Assembly (NCBI GenBank): GCA_964487615.1
Contig: CAZARM010000001.1
Coordinates: forward strand, 32,226-96,225
Origin: an uncultured Candidatus Saccharibacteria bacterium
GTDB taxonomy: Bacteria; Patescibacteriota; Saccharimonadia; Saccharimonadales; CAZARM01
Direction: 5' to 3'
Length of the DNA: 64,000 nucleotides
A model generated the notes under the pieces. That model made no database searches. It was not told the DNA's origin and was given only the letters and a program-made list of their open reading frames with translations. Positions 1-10,400 of this stretch are shown in pieces. The position numbers and the translations under genes were made by a program. Position 1 is the first letter of the stretch. Each line of letters opens with the position of its first letter.

Positions 1-1513
1 CGTCGTCAGTACCTCGTCACGCGATGTGTATAGTGACATTCAACCGGTTGGTGTCCAAGTTACCGATCCGGACCTGATAGACAGCTTATTCGATCCTGGG
101 ATTGTGTACGCCAAAGGTGGCCGTTTGCTCAAGATGCTCCGGGAGTACATTGGAGACAAGGCTTTTGTTCATGGGCTGAGGGCTTATTTTGAGAAGCATG
201 CCTACTCCAATGCTAGCCGTGAAGACTTATGGCATGCCTTGTCGGAAGCCAGCGGCAAAAACATTTCGGCTCTCATGACACCATGGCTGGAGCAGCCTGG
301 TATGCCCGTACTTCACGTTACCCAAGAAGGTAGCAAGTTGCACATCAACCAAGAACGTTTCATGCTCGATAAGCAACCTGATGGCACTTTATGGCCCGTG
401 CCACTGCTGGCCGACAAAGACATTACCCCAGAAATTGTTGACGCCAATAACACTGCTATTGTCCTCAAAGACAGCGACTTTAGGATTATCAACGCCCATG
501 CTAGTGGACATTATTTGGTGGAGTACATCAACCCGAGCCATCGCGAGTACTTGGCGGAGCTGTTTGAGCAAACCAATCTGCCCAGTGAAGCCCGGATCAG
601 CCGCCTAAACGACATCTTTATGTTGTCTAGGCGAGGCGAGGCTTCCCTGCGCGAAGGTTTGGATCTGCTGGCTAAAGCCTCTCATGAACCCAGAGACAGC
701 GTCTGGGACCTGATGCTCCGGATTATCGCCGCCAGCATGCAGTTGACAGAGGCTGACGAAGAGGCTGACGAATTGCTGAAGCGCTTTAGGCGTGAACTGG
801 CCAAAGACTGGTATCACAAACTAACCTGGGATCACGGCAGCGACCATGATCCAAACATCCGCCAACTGCGGCACACTGTCATAGCACTGATGACCAGCGG
901 CGAAGATTCGGACGCCGTGCTGGAAGCCCAAATGCGCTATCAACTCGCCAAAGAGGTCAAAGACATTGATGCCGAGCTGCGTAACACCATCCTCGGTTCT
1001 GTGGTGCGGCAAGCATTGCCTGGTGTAATAGACCAGCTACTGGCTAGCTACCCTACTGCTTCAGCAGAAGTCCAGTTAGACATTACTGGCGCCCTGGCAG
1101 CTACTCGTGACCCAGCTGTTGCCAAGGCTATACTGCATAAAGCACTGGGACCAAAGGGCTTTGTTCGATCCCAAGATACCTTGCGTTGGATCGCTATGTT
1201 TTTGCGCAACCACTACATACGGGACGTTGCCTGGGACTTCCTGGTCAACCAATGGGACTGGCTTGAACAAACACTGGGCACCAGCAAAAACTTTGATTTT
1301 TTGCCCGTTTACTGCGCTGCCGTACTGAATACACCCGAGGGACTACATAAGTTTAAACAACTATTTGATGACAAAAAGCACTTGAAGGTTTTGCAGCACA
1401 ATATCCGCGTAGGCTTAGCCGACATCACCGCGCGGATTGAATGGCGGCAGCGTGAAGAGTCGGGTATTAAAGCCTGGCTGGAGGGCTGGAACGCTACACT
1501 ACCAAAAGATTAG
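1..1513 (+). CDS. pepN: Aminopeptidase N (M1 family), C-terminal portion. The 5' end runs off the window: the reading frame is open from base 2.
   Basis: Post-catalytic-domain motif resembling M1 aminopeptidases (GGRLLKMLREYIGDKAFVHGLRAYFEKHAYSNASREDLWHAL). No stop upstream in frame to window edge. The ORF-track start at 26 is an internal GTG. Confidence 0.8.
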   Translation, partial: VVSTSSRDVYSDIQPVGVQVTDPDLIDSLFDPGIVYAKGGRLLKMLREYIGDKAFVHGLRAYFEKHAYSNASREDLWHALSEASGKNISALMTPWLEQPGMPVLHVTQEGSKLHINQERFMLDKQPDGTLWPVPLLADKDITPEIVDANNTAIVLKDSDFRIINAHASGHYLVEYINPSHREYLAELFEQTNLPSEARISRLNDIFMLSRRGEASLREGLDLLAKASHEPRDSVWDLMLRIIAASMQLTEADEEADELLKRFRRELAKDWYHKLTWDHGSDHDPNIRQLRHTVIALMTSGEDSDAVLEAQMRYQLAKEVKDIDAELRNTILGSVVRQALPGVIDQLLASYPTASAEVQLDITGALAATRDPAVAKAILHKALGPKGFVRSQDTLRWIAMFLRNHYIRDVAWDFLVNQWDWLEQTLGTSKNFDFLPVYCAAVLNTPEGLHKFKQLFDDKKHLKVLQHNIRVGLADITARIEWRQREESGIKAWLEGWNATLPKD

Positions 1514-1847
1514 TCACTATTGGCGGATGGCCGGTGAGTTCAATTGCCGCCAACTCATAATCTGCCAGCCAGTTGTGATTACTGGTCCACATCTCAGCCG
1601 CGAAACGCATTTGGCTTAGCTTCTTGGCCGTTATGTAGTCTAGGCCACTGCCCTGGGCGCCACCGCGCCTAGATTTAACCTCCACAAAATACATGCGCTT
1701 GTCTTTTTCGGCGACTACATCAATTTCACAATACTTGGTCTTCCAGTTCAGTTCAACGACTCGGTAGCCTTGGGTTTTCAAATATTCAGCAGCCACGTTT
1801 TCAGCGTGATGACCGGCCTCATAGTTAGACATCAGTCGCTCCTGCAA
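1494..1847 (-). CDS. yraN: YraN-family (UPF0102) predicted endonuclease
   Basis: 117 aa. Typical YraN core (GE..AA.YL...GY.I...N.R....EIDIIA..... FVEVK.R). Confidence 0.8.
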   Translation of the reverse strand: MQERLMSNYEAGHHAENVAAEYLKTQGYRVVELNWKTKYCEIDVVAEKDKRMYFVEVKSRRGGAQGSGLDYITAKKLSQMRFAAEMWTSNHNWLADYELAAIELTGHPPIVTNLLVV

Positions 1848-2430
1848 GGACTACTTTGACTGGTTTATAACTAAGCCGGTGCAGCTCGCAGACTCCATGT
1901 AGCCTTAATAGTCGATGGTGCAACGATGTGCCATAACCCACGTGTTTTTCAAACTGGTAGAGTGGATGCTTCAGTCCGGCCCGACGCATGTAGGCATCCC
2001 GTTCAGTTTTAGCCAAGATGCTGGCTGCACTAACCGCTGGTACTAGTGCATCAGCTTTAATCATAGTTGCAAATCCCTCTGTGCAAGGAGTTTGATTGCA
2101 AGAACATAGGTAATTAAAGTTCCCGTCAATCAGCACTGGATAAATAACTTTGTCGATCGTGAGGTTTATTTCAGACAGAGCGGATTGCATTGCTTGGCGG
2201 GTGGCGGCTGTTAGGCCTATTTCGTCGATCTCTTTGGGAGTCACCCAGCCGACGCCGTAAGCTACGGCGCTAAGCTTAATTTCTGCGGCTAGTTTTTCTC
2301 TCTGGAGACGAGTTAGCTTTTTTGAATCGGCTAGTCCGAGGATCGGCAAATCTAGCAGCACAGCAGCTGCTACAAGCGGTCCCGCCCAGCAACCGCGTCC
2401 GGTTTCGTCAATCCCGACAATCATGTCCAT
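1825..2430 (-). CDS. rnhB: Ribonuclease HII
   Basis: GIDETGRG(C)WAGPLV N-terminal motif, about 200 aa. Overlaps the yraN start, which is operon-like. Confidence 0.9.
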   Translation of the reverse strand: MDMIVGIDETGRGCWAGPLVAAAVLLDLPILGLADSKKLTRLQREKLAAEIKLSAVAYGVGWVTPKEIDEIGLTAATRQAMQSALSEINLTIDKVIYPVLIDGNFNYLCSCNQTPCTEGFATMIKADALVPAVSAASILAKTERDAYMRRAGLKHPLYQFEKHVGYGTSLHHRLLRLHGVCELHRLSYKPVKVVLAGATDV

Positions 2431-2439
2431 GCCTCAATG

Positions 2440-2465
2440 GTAACAAAAAACCGCCTTTTTCGGCG
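2440..2465 (-). terminator. Rho-independent terminator downstream of rplS (GACCGCCG-loop-GGCGG followed by a T-run on the minus strand)
   Basis: Hairpin ccgcc/ggcgg with an A-run on plus, which reads as a T-run on minus, directly after the rplS stop. Confidence 0.6.
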
Positions 2466-2489
2466 GTCTGATTAAGGCTTGACAAAGGA

Positions 2490-3026
2490 TTACTCGGCCT
2501 TGGGAACTTCCTCGTGTTTAGCTATTGCCTCTTCAGCTTTAGCTTCGATCTTGGATTCTTCTTTGGCTTTTTCGGCTGCTTCGATCTCGTGCTGCTTTTC
2601 GGTCTCCTCCTTCAGTTTCTCGGCTTCAGCCTCGGCTTTTTCATCGACAATAGAATTTACAGCTTGGCGGTCGAAGTCTTGGCCTGTTAATCGAGCTGAT
2701 TTGCCAGTACGTGCGCGCATGTAAGTTAGATAATTGCGCCGGACCTTGCTGCGCTTTGTGACTTCAATCTTGACGACTAATGGACTATGGAGCAAGAAGC
2801 TCTTTTCGACACCGACGCCACTGGCAATGCGGCGCACCACGATCCGACTAGTGTGTGAGTTCTTGCGGTCAGTTCGAATAACCAGACCTTGAAAAATTTG
2901 GATTCGTTCTTTGCTGCCTTCACGAATTTTCTGGTGCACCTTAACAGTGTCGCCTGAATGAACGTCGACAATCTGTGGTTTCTTATAACGAGCTTCAATT
3001 TGGCTAATAACAGATGGCATAACCAA
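2490..3026 (-). CDS. rplS: 50S ribosomal protein L19 with a K/E/A-rich C-terminal extension of about 65 aa
   Basis: Core matches L19 (GDTVKVH.KI.EG.KERIQ.F.G.VI....G...T.T.R....GVGVE..F.LHSP....IEV.....VRR.KLYY.R). The tail DEKAEAEAEKLKEETEK... is low-complexity. Confidence 0.9.
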   Translation of the reverse strand: MVMPSVISQIEARYKKPQIVDVHSGDTVKVHQKIREGSKERIQIFQGLVIRTDRKNSHTSRIVVRRIASGVGVEKSFLLHSPLVVKIEVTKRSKVRRNYLTYMRARTGKSARLTGQDFDRQAVNSIVDEKAEAEAEKLKEETEKQHEIEAAEKAKEESKIEAKAEEAIAKHEEVPKAE

Positions 3027-3085
3027 TAGATATTACACTAAGTTACCCTTTTATGCAACTAGTTCTGATCTGTTATCATACATGC

Positions 3086-4219
3086 ATGGATTTCAATAAA
3101 ATAGCCCTCCAAAAACATAAACAATTGCGTGGAAAAATCGAGATTACTCTCAAAGATAAGTTAAACTCGCCGGACAAGTTGAGCACCTATTACACGCCTG
3201 GCGTAGCGGCGGTGTCTAGTTACGTGGCTGAGCACCCCGATGAAGCCCGGGACTACACCTGGCTCAACAACTCGGTGGCGGTTATTTCGGATGGATCAGC
3301 TGTTCTGGGGCTTGGAGATATCGGTCCGTATGGTGCATTGCCGGTTATGGAAGGCAAAGCCATGCTATTCAAGCACTTCGCTGGGATCGATGCTGTGCCA
3401 ATTGTGTTAGATGTACATACGGCTGATGAGATAGTCAGTGCAGTGCTTGCAATCGCACCGAGTTTTGGTGGCATAAATCTGGAAGACATTGCGGCTCCGA
3501 TTTGTTTTGAGGTCGAAGACCGCGTCAAAGCCGCGCTCAAGATTCCTGTCATGCACGACGACCAGCATGGGACAGCTGTAGTTGTGCTGGCTGGGCTTAT
3601 AAACGCTATGAAAGTAACTGGTCGAGATCTTAAAGATTGCCGGATTGTCACTGTCGGTGCCGGAGCTGCTGGCACTGCTATTATGAAGTTGTTGCATAAA
3701 TTTGCCGCCCCAGAGATTTTGGCGGTGGATAGCAAGGGCATTATTTCTGCCAAGCGGACAGATCTAAATGATGACAAGAAAAAGCTACTGAAGTTTACAA
3801 ATAAGCCCAATCTCAGCGGATCATTACAAGACGCTTTGAAAGGTGCTGATATATTTATCGGTGTCTCCAAGGCAGGCCTACTAACTGTCGATATGGTTAG
3901 ATCAATGAGTAAGGATCCAATAATTTTTGCTATGGCTAACCCAGTGCCAGAGATCATGCCGGACGAAGGCAAGATAGCCGGTGTTGCCGTCATGGCTACT
4001 GGTCGTAGTGACTTTCCCAATCAAGTAAATAATGCCCTGGCTTTTCCGGGTATTTTCCGTGGTGCACTAGACAATCGTGTCAGCAAGATCACTGATGAGC
4101 ACAAGATTGCTGCCGCTGAGGTTATTGCTAGCCTCGTAGACAACCCTACCGCAGAACAAATTATTCCCAGCGTTCTGGACGACCGTTTAGTCCCGGCCAT
4201 TGCGAAGGTGATCACCTAA
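3086..4219 (+). CDS. maeA: NAD(P)-dependent malic enzyme (short form)
   Basis: YTPGVA, SDGSAVLGLGDIG, DDQHGTAVV, GAGAAG and NQVNNALAFPGIFRGALD motifs. Start moved to ATG 3086 (MDFNK...); the ORF-track start at 3053 is also possible. Confidence 0.85.
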   Translation: MDFNKIALQKHKQLRGKIEITLKDKLNSPDKLSTYYTPGVAAVSSYVAEHPDEARDYTWLNNSVAVISDGSAVLGLGDIGPYGALPVMEGKAMLFKHFAGIDAVPIVLDVHTADEIVSAVLAIAPSFGGINLEDIAAPICFEVEDRVKAALKIPVMHDDQHGTAVVVLAGLINAMKVTGRDLKDCRIVTVGAGAAGTAIMKLLHKFAAPEILAVDSKGIISAKRTDLNDDKKKLLKFTNKPNLSGSLQDALKGADIFIGVSKAGLLTVDMVRSMSKDPIIFAMANPVPEIMPDEGKIAGVAVMATGRSDFPNQVNNALAFPGIFRGALDNRVSKITDEHKIAAAEVIASLVDNPTAEQIIPSVLDDRLVPAIAKVIT

Positions 4220-5817
4220 CCAATAACGCGGTAGACTTCGTCAATCGTAGTTTGGCCGTCTATAACCTTGAGTATGCCGTCCTGGAGCATAGTGCGCATA
4301 CCACTTTTAGTCGCGGCTTCTTCTATTTGCTGCGAGGTAAGGCCCTCGGTGTGGTGCTCTAGTAAATCACGTATTGCTCCAGCCATTAGAAACTGTTCGC
4401 GCAGGGCAACTTGGCCACGGAAGCCATAAGGGTTGTCCTCTGAAGCTCCTGGCTTGTAGAGCTGCAAGTTAGTGATGTCAGGCTTAGGTATGTTGGCTGG
4501 CAGGCTATCGAGGACCTCATGAACTTTGCGCTTTACGGCCTCATCGGGCGTGTATGCTTGTTTGGTGTTGTCATCCAGTTTGCGTACCAAGCGTTGAGCC
4601 ATAACTAGACGTATTGCCGATACAAACAGCGGATTCTGACCAATAATATCGGTTAGGCGCGTTAGGGCGGCCGCAGCCGATGAAGCGTGGAATGTAGACA
4701 GCACTAAGTGACCAGTTAGTGCTGCCTGTAGTGCTGTTTTGGCGGTGTCTGGGTCGCGGATCTCTCCAACCATCACAATGTCGGGGTCTAGCCTTAGCAC
4801 AGCCCTTAGTTTCTCAGCAAAACTGGTCTCTTCGGCAGTTTTAGTGGACACCGAAATCTGGGTAATACCTGAAAACTGGTACTCGACGGGGTCTTCTATA
4901 GTAATGATTTTACGTTCTTCATTATTGAGTGAATTTAGCATGGAGTACAGCGTTGTGGTCTTGCCCGATCCAGTGGGACCGACCACCATCACCAGACCGC
5001 TCGGCTTGGCGATGATGTCGTCGACGTGCTGGCGTTCTTCTGGAGACAATCCTAATTTGTCGAGCTTGTACATGTCCTGGTCCATATTGAACAAACGCAT
5101 CACGACATCCATGCCATTGATAGTAGGCACCGTTTCCAAACGCAAATTAATATCGACTTCTTTACCGTCTTGCATGCGCAAATGTTGAGAGATGTGGCCC
5201 TGCTGGGCGTCGGGTGCAGAGGTAGAAACATTACCGGCGCTGGCAACTGCAGAAATAAGTATTCGATATTTTTCCAGGCTAATGTGAGCAATCGGGTGCA
5301 ACACACCGTCCATCCGGAATCGGATGCGCACATATTCGCGTTGAGTTTCTATGTGTATGTCTGAGGCTGCCAAACGGTGAGCCTGTTGCACCAGGTAAGC
5401 CAGCATGTCATCAGCTCGAACTTGTTCGAGTGTGGCGGAAACCGTCTTGAGCAATTCCTCGGTTCCAGCGGTGTTCACGGCGATGTCCTGGTAGACAACT
5501 TGCTTTGGCGGGTCATATAGTTTCATGTACTCCCTATAGCCCGTGTCGGATATCAAGGCAAATGCAATACGCTGGTCCAGGAAGCGGCCTCTAAGCCCCG
5601 TCATAGTTTGCTGGGAGGTGGTGTTGGTCACTCCAAAGGTTATGTGGCTCTCGTCCAGGACGAGCGGTATGACGCGCAGATCGTATAGATCCCGCATGGG
5701 CATCAACGCCTTATACAGCGTCTTTTGAATTTGCGACGTATCAACATAATCTAACCCCAAAATCCGGGCTCGGCGCTGGGTAGCCAGCTCCTCGTCGCGT
5801 CTAGCATCTTGACTCAT
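4216..5817 (-). CDS. pilB: Type II/IV secretion ATPase (PilB/GspE family, type IV pilus assembly ATPase)
   Basis: Walker A GPTGSGKTTT, ITIEDPVEY, and Walker B/His-box region. N-terminal GspE_N-like domain. 533 aa. Confidence 0.85.
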   Translation of the reverse strand: MSQDARRDEELATQRRARILGLDYVDTSQIQKTLYKALMPMRDLYDLRVIPLVLDESHITFGVTNTTSQQTMTGLRGRFLDQRIAFALISDTGYREYMKLYDPPKQVVYQDIAVNTAGTEELLKTVSATLEQVRADDMLAYLVQQAHRLAASDIHIETQREYVRIRFRMDGVLHPIAHISLEKYRILISAVASAGNVSTSAPDAQQGHISQHLRMQDGKEVDINLRLETVPTINGMDVVMRLFNMDQDMYKLDKLGLSPEERQHVDDIIAKPSGLVMVVGPTGSGKTTTLYSMLNSLNNEERKIITIEDPVEYQFSGITQISVSTKTAEETSFAEKLRAVLRLDPDIVMVGEIRDPDTAKTALQAALTGHLVLSTFHASSAAAALTRLTDIIGQNPLFVSAIRLVMAQRLVRKLDDNTKQAYTPDEAVKRKVHEVLDSLPANIPKPDITNLQLYKPGASEDNPYGFRGQVALREQFLMAGAIRDLLEHHTEGLTSQQIEEAATKSGMRTMLQDGILKVIDGQTTIDEVYRVIG

Positions 5818-5879
5818 ATACTCACATTATAACCATAAGCATGTGCACGTACTAGTGCTGCTCTGCTAGGATTAAACGT

Positions 5880-6377
5880 ATGCAACGCCAATTGGTCATC
5901 ATAGCGCATAATTTGCGTAGCACTCATAACGTCGGTTCCCTGCTGCGCACCGCTGAGGGCTTAGGTGTGACCGGTGTTTTCTTGACAGGCTATACACCTT
6001 ACCCGGGTATTCCCGGTGATGTGCGCTTACCACACGAACACAAGAAGCTGACGGCTCAGATTCATAAAACCGCACTAGGCGCTGAGGCATCTGTACCGTG
6101 GAAACACGCAAACGACATTGAGCCAGTGTTAGCAAGCTTGCGAAGAAATAACTTCAAAGTGGTTGCCTTGGAGCAGCACTCCGGGAGCATACCCTTGCTG
6201 GACTATCAGGCACCAGCAAAGCTAGCGCTGATTGTTGGACGTGAGGTGGAAGGAATTGAGCCGGAAGTTTTGGAGATGTCTGACGCCATTGTAGAAATTC
6301 CAATGATGGGGCAGAAAGAATCATTCAACGTCGTTCAAGCCGCCGCGATGGCACTCCACGATTTGACATTCCACTAA
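5880..6377 (+). CDS. SpoU/TrmH-family RNA 2'-O-methyltransferase (TrmL-like size)
   Basis: IAHNLRSTHNVGSLLRTAEGLGV SPOUT motif, 165 aa. Confidence 0.75.
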   Translation: MQRQLVIIAHNLRSTHNVGSLLRTAEGLGVTGVFLTGYTPYPGIPGDVRLPHEHKKLTAQIHKTALGAEASVPWKHANDIEPVLASLRRNNFKVVALEQHSGSIPLLDYQAPAKLALIVGREVEGIEPEVLEMSDAIVEIPMMGQKESFNVVQAAAMALHDLTFH

Positions 6378-6410
6378 ACAAGAGTTGATGATAGAATAAT
6401 CACTAGAACT

Positions 6411-7298
6411 ATGCTGTCTAAAACAAAAAAGGTCTCTGAGCATAAACGCAACGGACGCCACCATAGCCACACGACTCAGTACAAACAGATTTACTGGCCG
6501 TATTTGCCTTTGGTTGTAGTGGCCATATTTATGTTGGCTATTTCTATCCTGCCCAATCGTGGCACCAGCCACACGCTAGCTTATGCTACCGAAATGAGCC
6601 GGGAAACACTGCTCCAAGCCACTAATGGCCAACGTGCCAGCAACAATAAGGAAAACCTCACCTTGGAAGCTGAGCTAAACAAAGCCGCTCAAGCCAAAGC
6701 AGAAGACATGGCCAAGCGAAACTACTGGTCACATCAAACACCAGAGGGTAAAGACCCCTGGATCTTTATTGACCAGACCGGATACAAATACTACAAAGCC
6801 GGCGAAAACCTAGCCTACGGCTTCGTGGACAGTGATACGACCGTCAAAGGCTGGATGAATAGTCCCACCCACCGTGATAATTTATTAGACAGTGCATTTA
6901 CCGAAGTTGGCTTTGGCTTTGCCAACGCCAACGATTACCAGAAATCTGGTCCCGAAACTATCGTAGTCGCAATATATGGTCGACCCCAGAGTCTAGGCAG
7001 CACTGTATTAGCCGCTCAACCCTCGTCGACCAATCCTCCAGTCACCGCCTCACCGAGCAAAGAAGTAACCAAAATTGAAGTTTTAAGTGGTAGTAAACTG
7101 ACCTGGGCACCGTTTGCAGTCGGCATTTTGAGTGGTGTAGCAGTCACTGGCTTGTTACTCAATCACGGTCTGCGTCTGCGCAAACTGCTTCGCAAGGGCG
7201 AGAGGTACTTTGTAGCTCACCCCATCCTAGACATCGCACTCATAGTTATTGCCTTCTCCTGTGTAGAACTCACCCGCACGATCGGCTATATCCATTAG
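6411..7298 (+). CDS. CAP/SCP/YkwD-domain protein with an N-terminal TM anchor and C-terminal hydrophobic segments
   Basis: CAP signature pieces: NG.RA...L.....L..AAQ..A.DMA..NYWSH.TP.G.....I...GY.....GENLAYG...W.NSP.HR.NLL...FTEVGFG. Confidence 0.7.
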   Translation: MLSKTKKVSEHKRNGRHHSHTTQYKQIYWPYLPLVVVAIFMLAISILPNRGTSHTLAYATEMSRETLLQATNGQRASNNKENLTLEAELNKAAQAKAEDMAKRNYWSHQTPEGKDPWIFIDQTGYKYYKAGENLAYGFVDSDTTVKGWMNSPTHRDNLLDSAFTEVGFGFANANDYQKSGPETIVVAIYGRPQSLGSTVLAAQPSSTNPPVTASPSKEVTKIEVLSGSKLTWAPFAVGILSGVAVTGLLLNHGLRLRKLLRKGERYFVAHPILDIALIVIAFSCVELTRTIGYIH

Positions 7299-7335
7299 GG
7301 TATATTTTTAAACGGAAGCAGTTTATACTGCTGGT

Positions 7336-7473
7336 ATGACAAAGAAAACCAAACAACAGAGAGAACTAACTAAACGCGACCTGGCTTTTTACGTCGCCGT
7401 TATCTTATTGCTGGGTCCTTTAGGTGTGGTAATCGTCCTTTATGACTACCACCGCTATATCAAGAAAACCTAG
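7336..7473 (+). CDS. Small 45-aa predicted membrane protein (MTKKTKQQRELTKRDLAFYVAVILLLGPLGVVIVLYDYHRYIKKT)
   Basis: ATG and stop read directly from the sequence. One clear TM helix. It is below the ORF-track size cutoff. Its stop overlaps the convergent dnaE end by a few bases. Confidence 0.3.
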   Translation: MTKKTKQQRELTKRDLAFYVAVILLLGPLGVVIVLYDYHRYIKKT

Positions 7474-10400
7474 TGCACTTTGATATTGTCAGTGCCAACA
7501 ACGGAAGCTAGCTCGGCAATGCTATCGTCACTCGCGGATAATCTCATGGGCAACTTAATGATCTGTTTTTGATCGGCTGGGCCGAGGACTAAAACTACTT
7601 CTGTGTTGCCTTTATGCAAATCAATCTTTTCTTTTAGTCCTAGCAGCATCTGCTGATCTTCACTGCTCGTTAAGCGAATATAAACTCTTGGGTTGGCTTG
7701 CAATGACGGCTCCATTGGCAGAATAGCTGATGCGGATTTTTTAGCCTTACGTGTCTTGAGGGCTTTCCGTTCTTTGCCGGTTGCTTGATATGCAGCAGCC
7801 TGGTCTAGTGTGACTTCACGGGCATCATCAACCATGACCTTTACGTCCTGAATTAGGTTGCCGTCGCGGTCTTTGGCGTTAACTTTGCCTTTGACTATCA
7901 CTACTCGATCTCGTTCCCATATGCCAGTGGTTTGCTGGTAGATGCTTGGAAAAAGGATGAATTCTATCTCATGGAAGCTGTCGGCTACCTTAACAAAAGC
8001 CATTTTTTGGCCATTCTTGGTGGTGATTTCACGCACATCAACAATGGCACCTCCTACAGTTACGCTACTACCGTCGTGCTCCGCCCGTAGTTGATTGAGC
8101 GGTACAGTCTGTTCAGCAAGCAAAGTCTCAAACGACTGTAGCGGGTGTTGGGATAGGTAAATGCCCAGTAATTCGCGCTCCCAGACCAACAACTCTCGCT
8201 CGGGAATTTCTGACCCTGGCTTTTCGATAATCAGCTGAGGTCGGACTTGGTCTTCGATAAGGTTGCCAAAAAGATCTGTCTGTCCGCTAGAGGCTTGCTT
8301 CTGCAAGCGATTAGCAAAGGCCAAAAACACATCAAGATTATGTAGCAGATGTGACCTACTACCAAAGCGATCGAAGGCTCCAGCCTTCATCAGGCTTTCC
8401 AGCGCTTTGCGGTTAACCACCCGAGGGCTGACTTTGCTAAAGAAATCTTCCAGTGACTCAAATGGCCCTACCTGACGTGCTCGCAAGATCTCTTCTACAG
8501 CTGCCGTTCCAACATTCTTGATGGCATTCATCCCGAAGCGTATCTGGTTGGTTTTAGGTACAACTGCAAACTCCACAAAAGATTCATTGACATCCGGCGG
8601 CAAAACCTCCACACCGATGTGCTTGCATTCAGCTATCTCAATTGCCAACCGATCGGTGTCATCGTAGTCGCTAGTCATCAGAGCCGCCATAAATGCCGCT
8701 GGATAGTGAGCTTTTAGATAAGCTGTTTGGTAAGCAATTAACCCATAACATGCGGCATGGGATTTGTTAAAACAATAGGCCGCAAAATCTTCTAGCTGCT
8801 TCCAGAATTTCTCCATCAAGGTTTTGTCGATTTCTGAGTGTTTCTGGCCGCCCTCGATCATCTTGTCTTTCATTTTGGCCATAAGTTCGGCATTTTTCTT
8901 GCCAATGGCTTTACGTAGCGTGTCTGCCTCACCGCCACTAAAACCACATACTTCTTTGGATATCTGCATAACCTGCTCCTGGTAAACTAGAACGCCGTAG
9001 GTATTTTTTAGAGCGTTTTCCATGCTGATATGCGGATAACTGATTTGGCGCAAACCATGCTTACGACCGATGAATTCATCGATAAACTGCATCGGTCCTG
9101 GGCGGTAAAGGGCTACCATGGCGATGATGTCTTCAAAGACCGTGGGCTTGAGGTCTTTGAGATAGCGTTTCATGCCAGCTGATTCCAGCTGAAATACACC
9201 AGTAGTGTCACCTCGCTGGAAAAGTTCGTAAGTAGCCTTATCGTCCAACGGGATCTTGTTGACATCAATGTCATCACCGTAAACTTTGCGTACTATGCGT
9301 AGCGCATTTTTAATAATAGTCAGGTTGCTCAAACCCAAGAAGTCCATTTTAAGTAGTCCTAAATCCTCGATCGGGCCCATGGAGTACTGGGTAGCTACGA
9401 CGCCCTTCTGAGCCATTTCCATTGGTGCAAATTTCACAATTTCGTCAGGTGCAATCACTACGCCAGCAGCATGGACGCCATGGCTGCGGATAGTGCCTTC
9501 GAGTCGCAAAGCTTGGTCTAGCACCGTACGGCTAATCTCGTTGGACTCGTATTCGGCCCTAAGGTCGGGGTCATCCTTCAGTGATTTCTCCAGTGGAATG
9601 TGACGACCCTGGAACGGAGCAGGAATCATCTTGGCCAAACGGTCAGCGTCAACGTAAGGAACTTGCAATACTCTAGCTACATCACGTACAGCGTTGCGAG
9701 CAAACATTCGGCCAAAGGTGGCAATATTGGCGACCCGATCAGCGCCATACTTATCGATACAGTACTGGATGACTTCGTTGCGCCGAGTATCCTGGATATC
9801 GATGTCGATATCTGGCATGCTGATACGGTCGGGATTAAGAAAACGCTCAAACAGCAGGTCGTACTGAATAGGATCTAGTTCGGTTATCTTGAGCCCATAT
9901 GCAATAATTGAGCCAGCTGCGGATCCACGACCTGGACCAAAAACGATGCCATTGTTCTTGCCCCAGTTAATAAAGTCTTGAATGATCAAGAAATAGCCGT
10001 TAAAGCCCATGTTATCAATGACGTTTAATTCAAATCCTGCCCGGGCGACCATTTCAAACGGCAGAGTTTTCTGGGCTTCTTCGCGGCTAAGATCGGCTGC
10101 CTGAAGTTCGCTGACGCCACCATAGCGCCAGGCCAAGCCACGATAAACCAGGTCGTGCAGATATGACTTCTCTGTCTTGCCTCTGGGGACGGGAAACTTG
10201 GGGATCAGAATTTTTCCTAAGTCTAACTCAACGTGACAACGGTCGGCTACTAGCTTAGTATTGGTTATTACATCCGGGTTATCTTTACCCCAACGCTTGA
10301 TGATTACTTGAGGCGTTTCAACATGGAGCGGAAAATCCTTTAGTGACATGCGCTTTTCGTCACTCAAGAACGATCCTGTACCAACGCACAATAAGATTTC

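Noticed and set aside
3253-4020. 255-aa antisense ORF inside the malic enzyme gene (and similar antisense ORFs inside dnaE, pilB, the MMPL transporter, pheT, typA and the ABC ATPase)
   Set aside because: They lie in-phase opposite well-supported conserved genes, have Ser/Ala/Thr/Pro-rich composition characteristic of antisense frames, and have no RBS.
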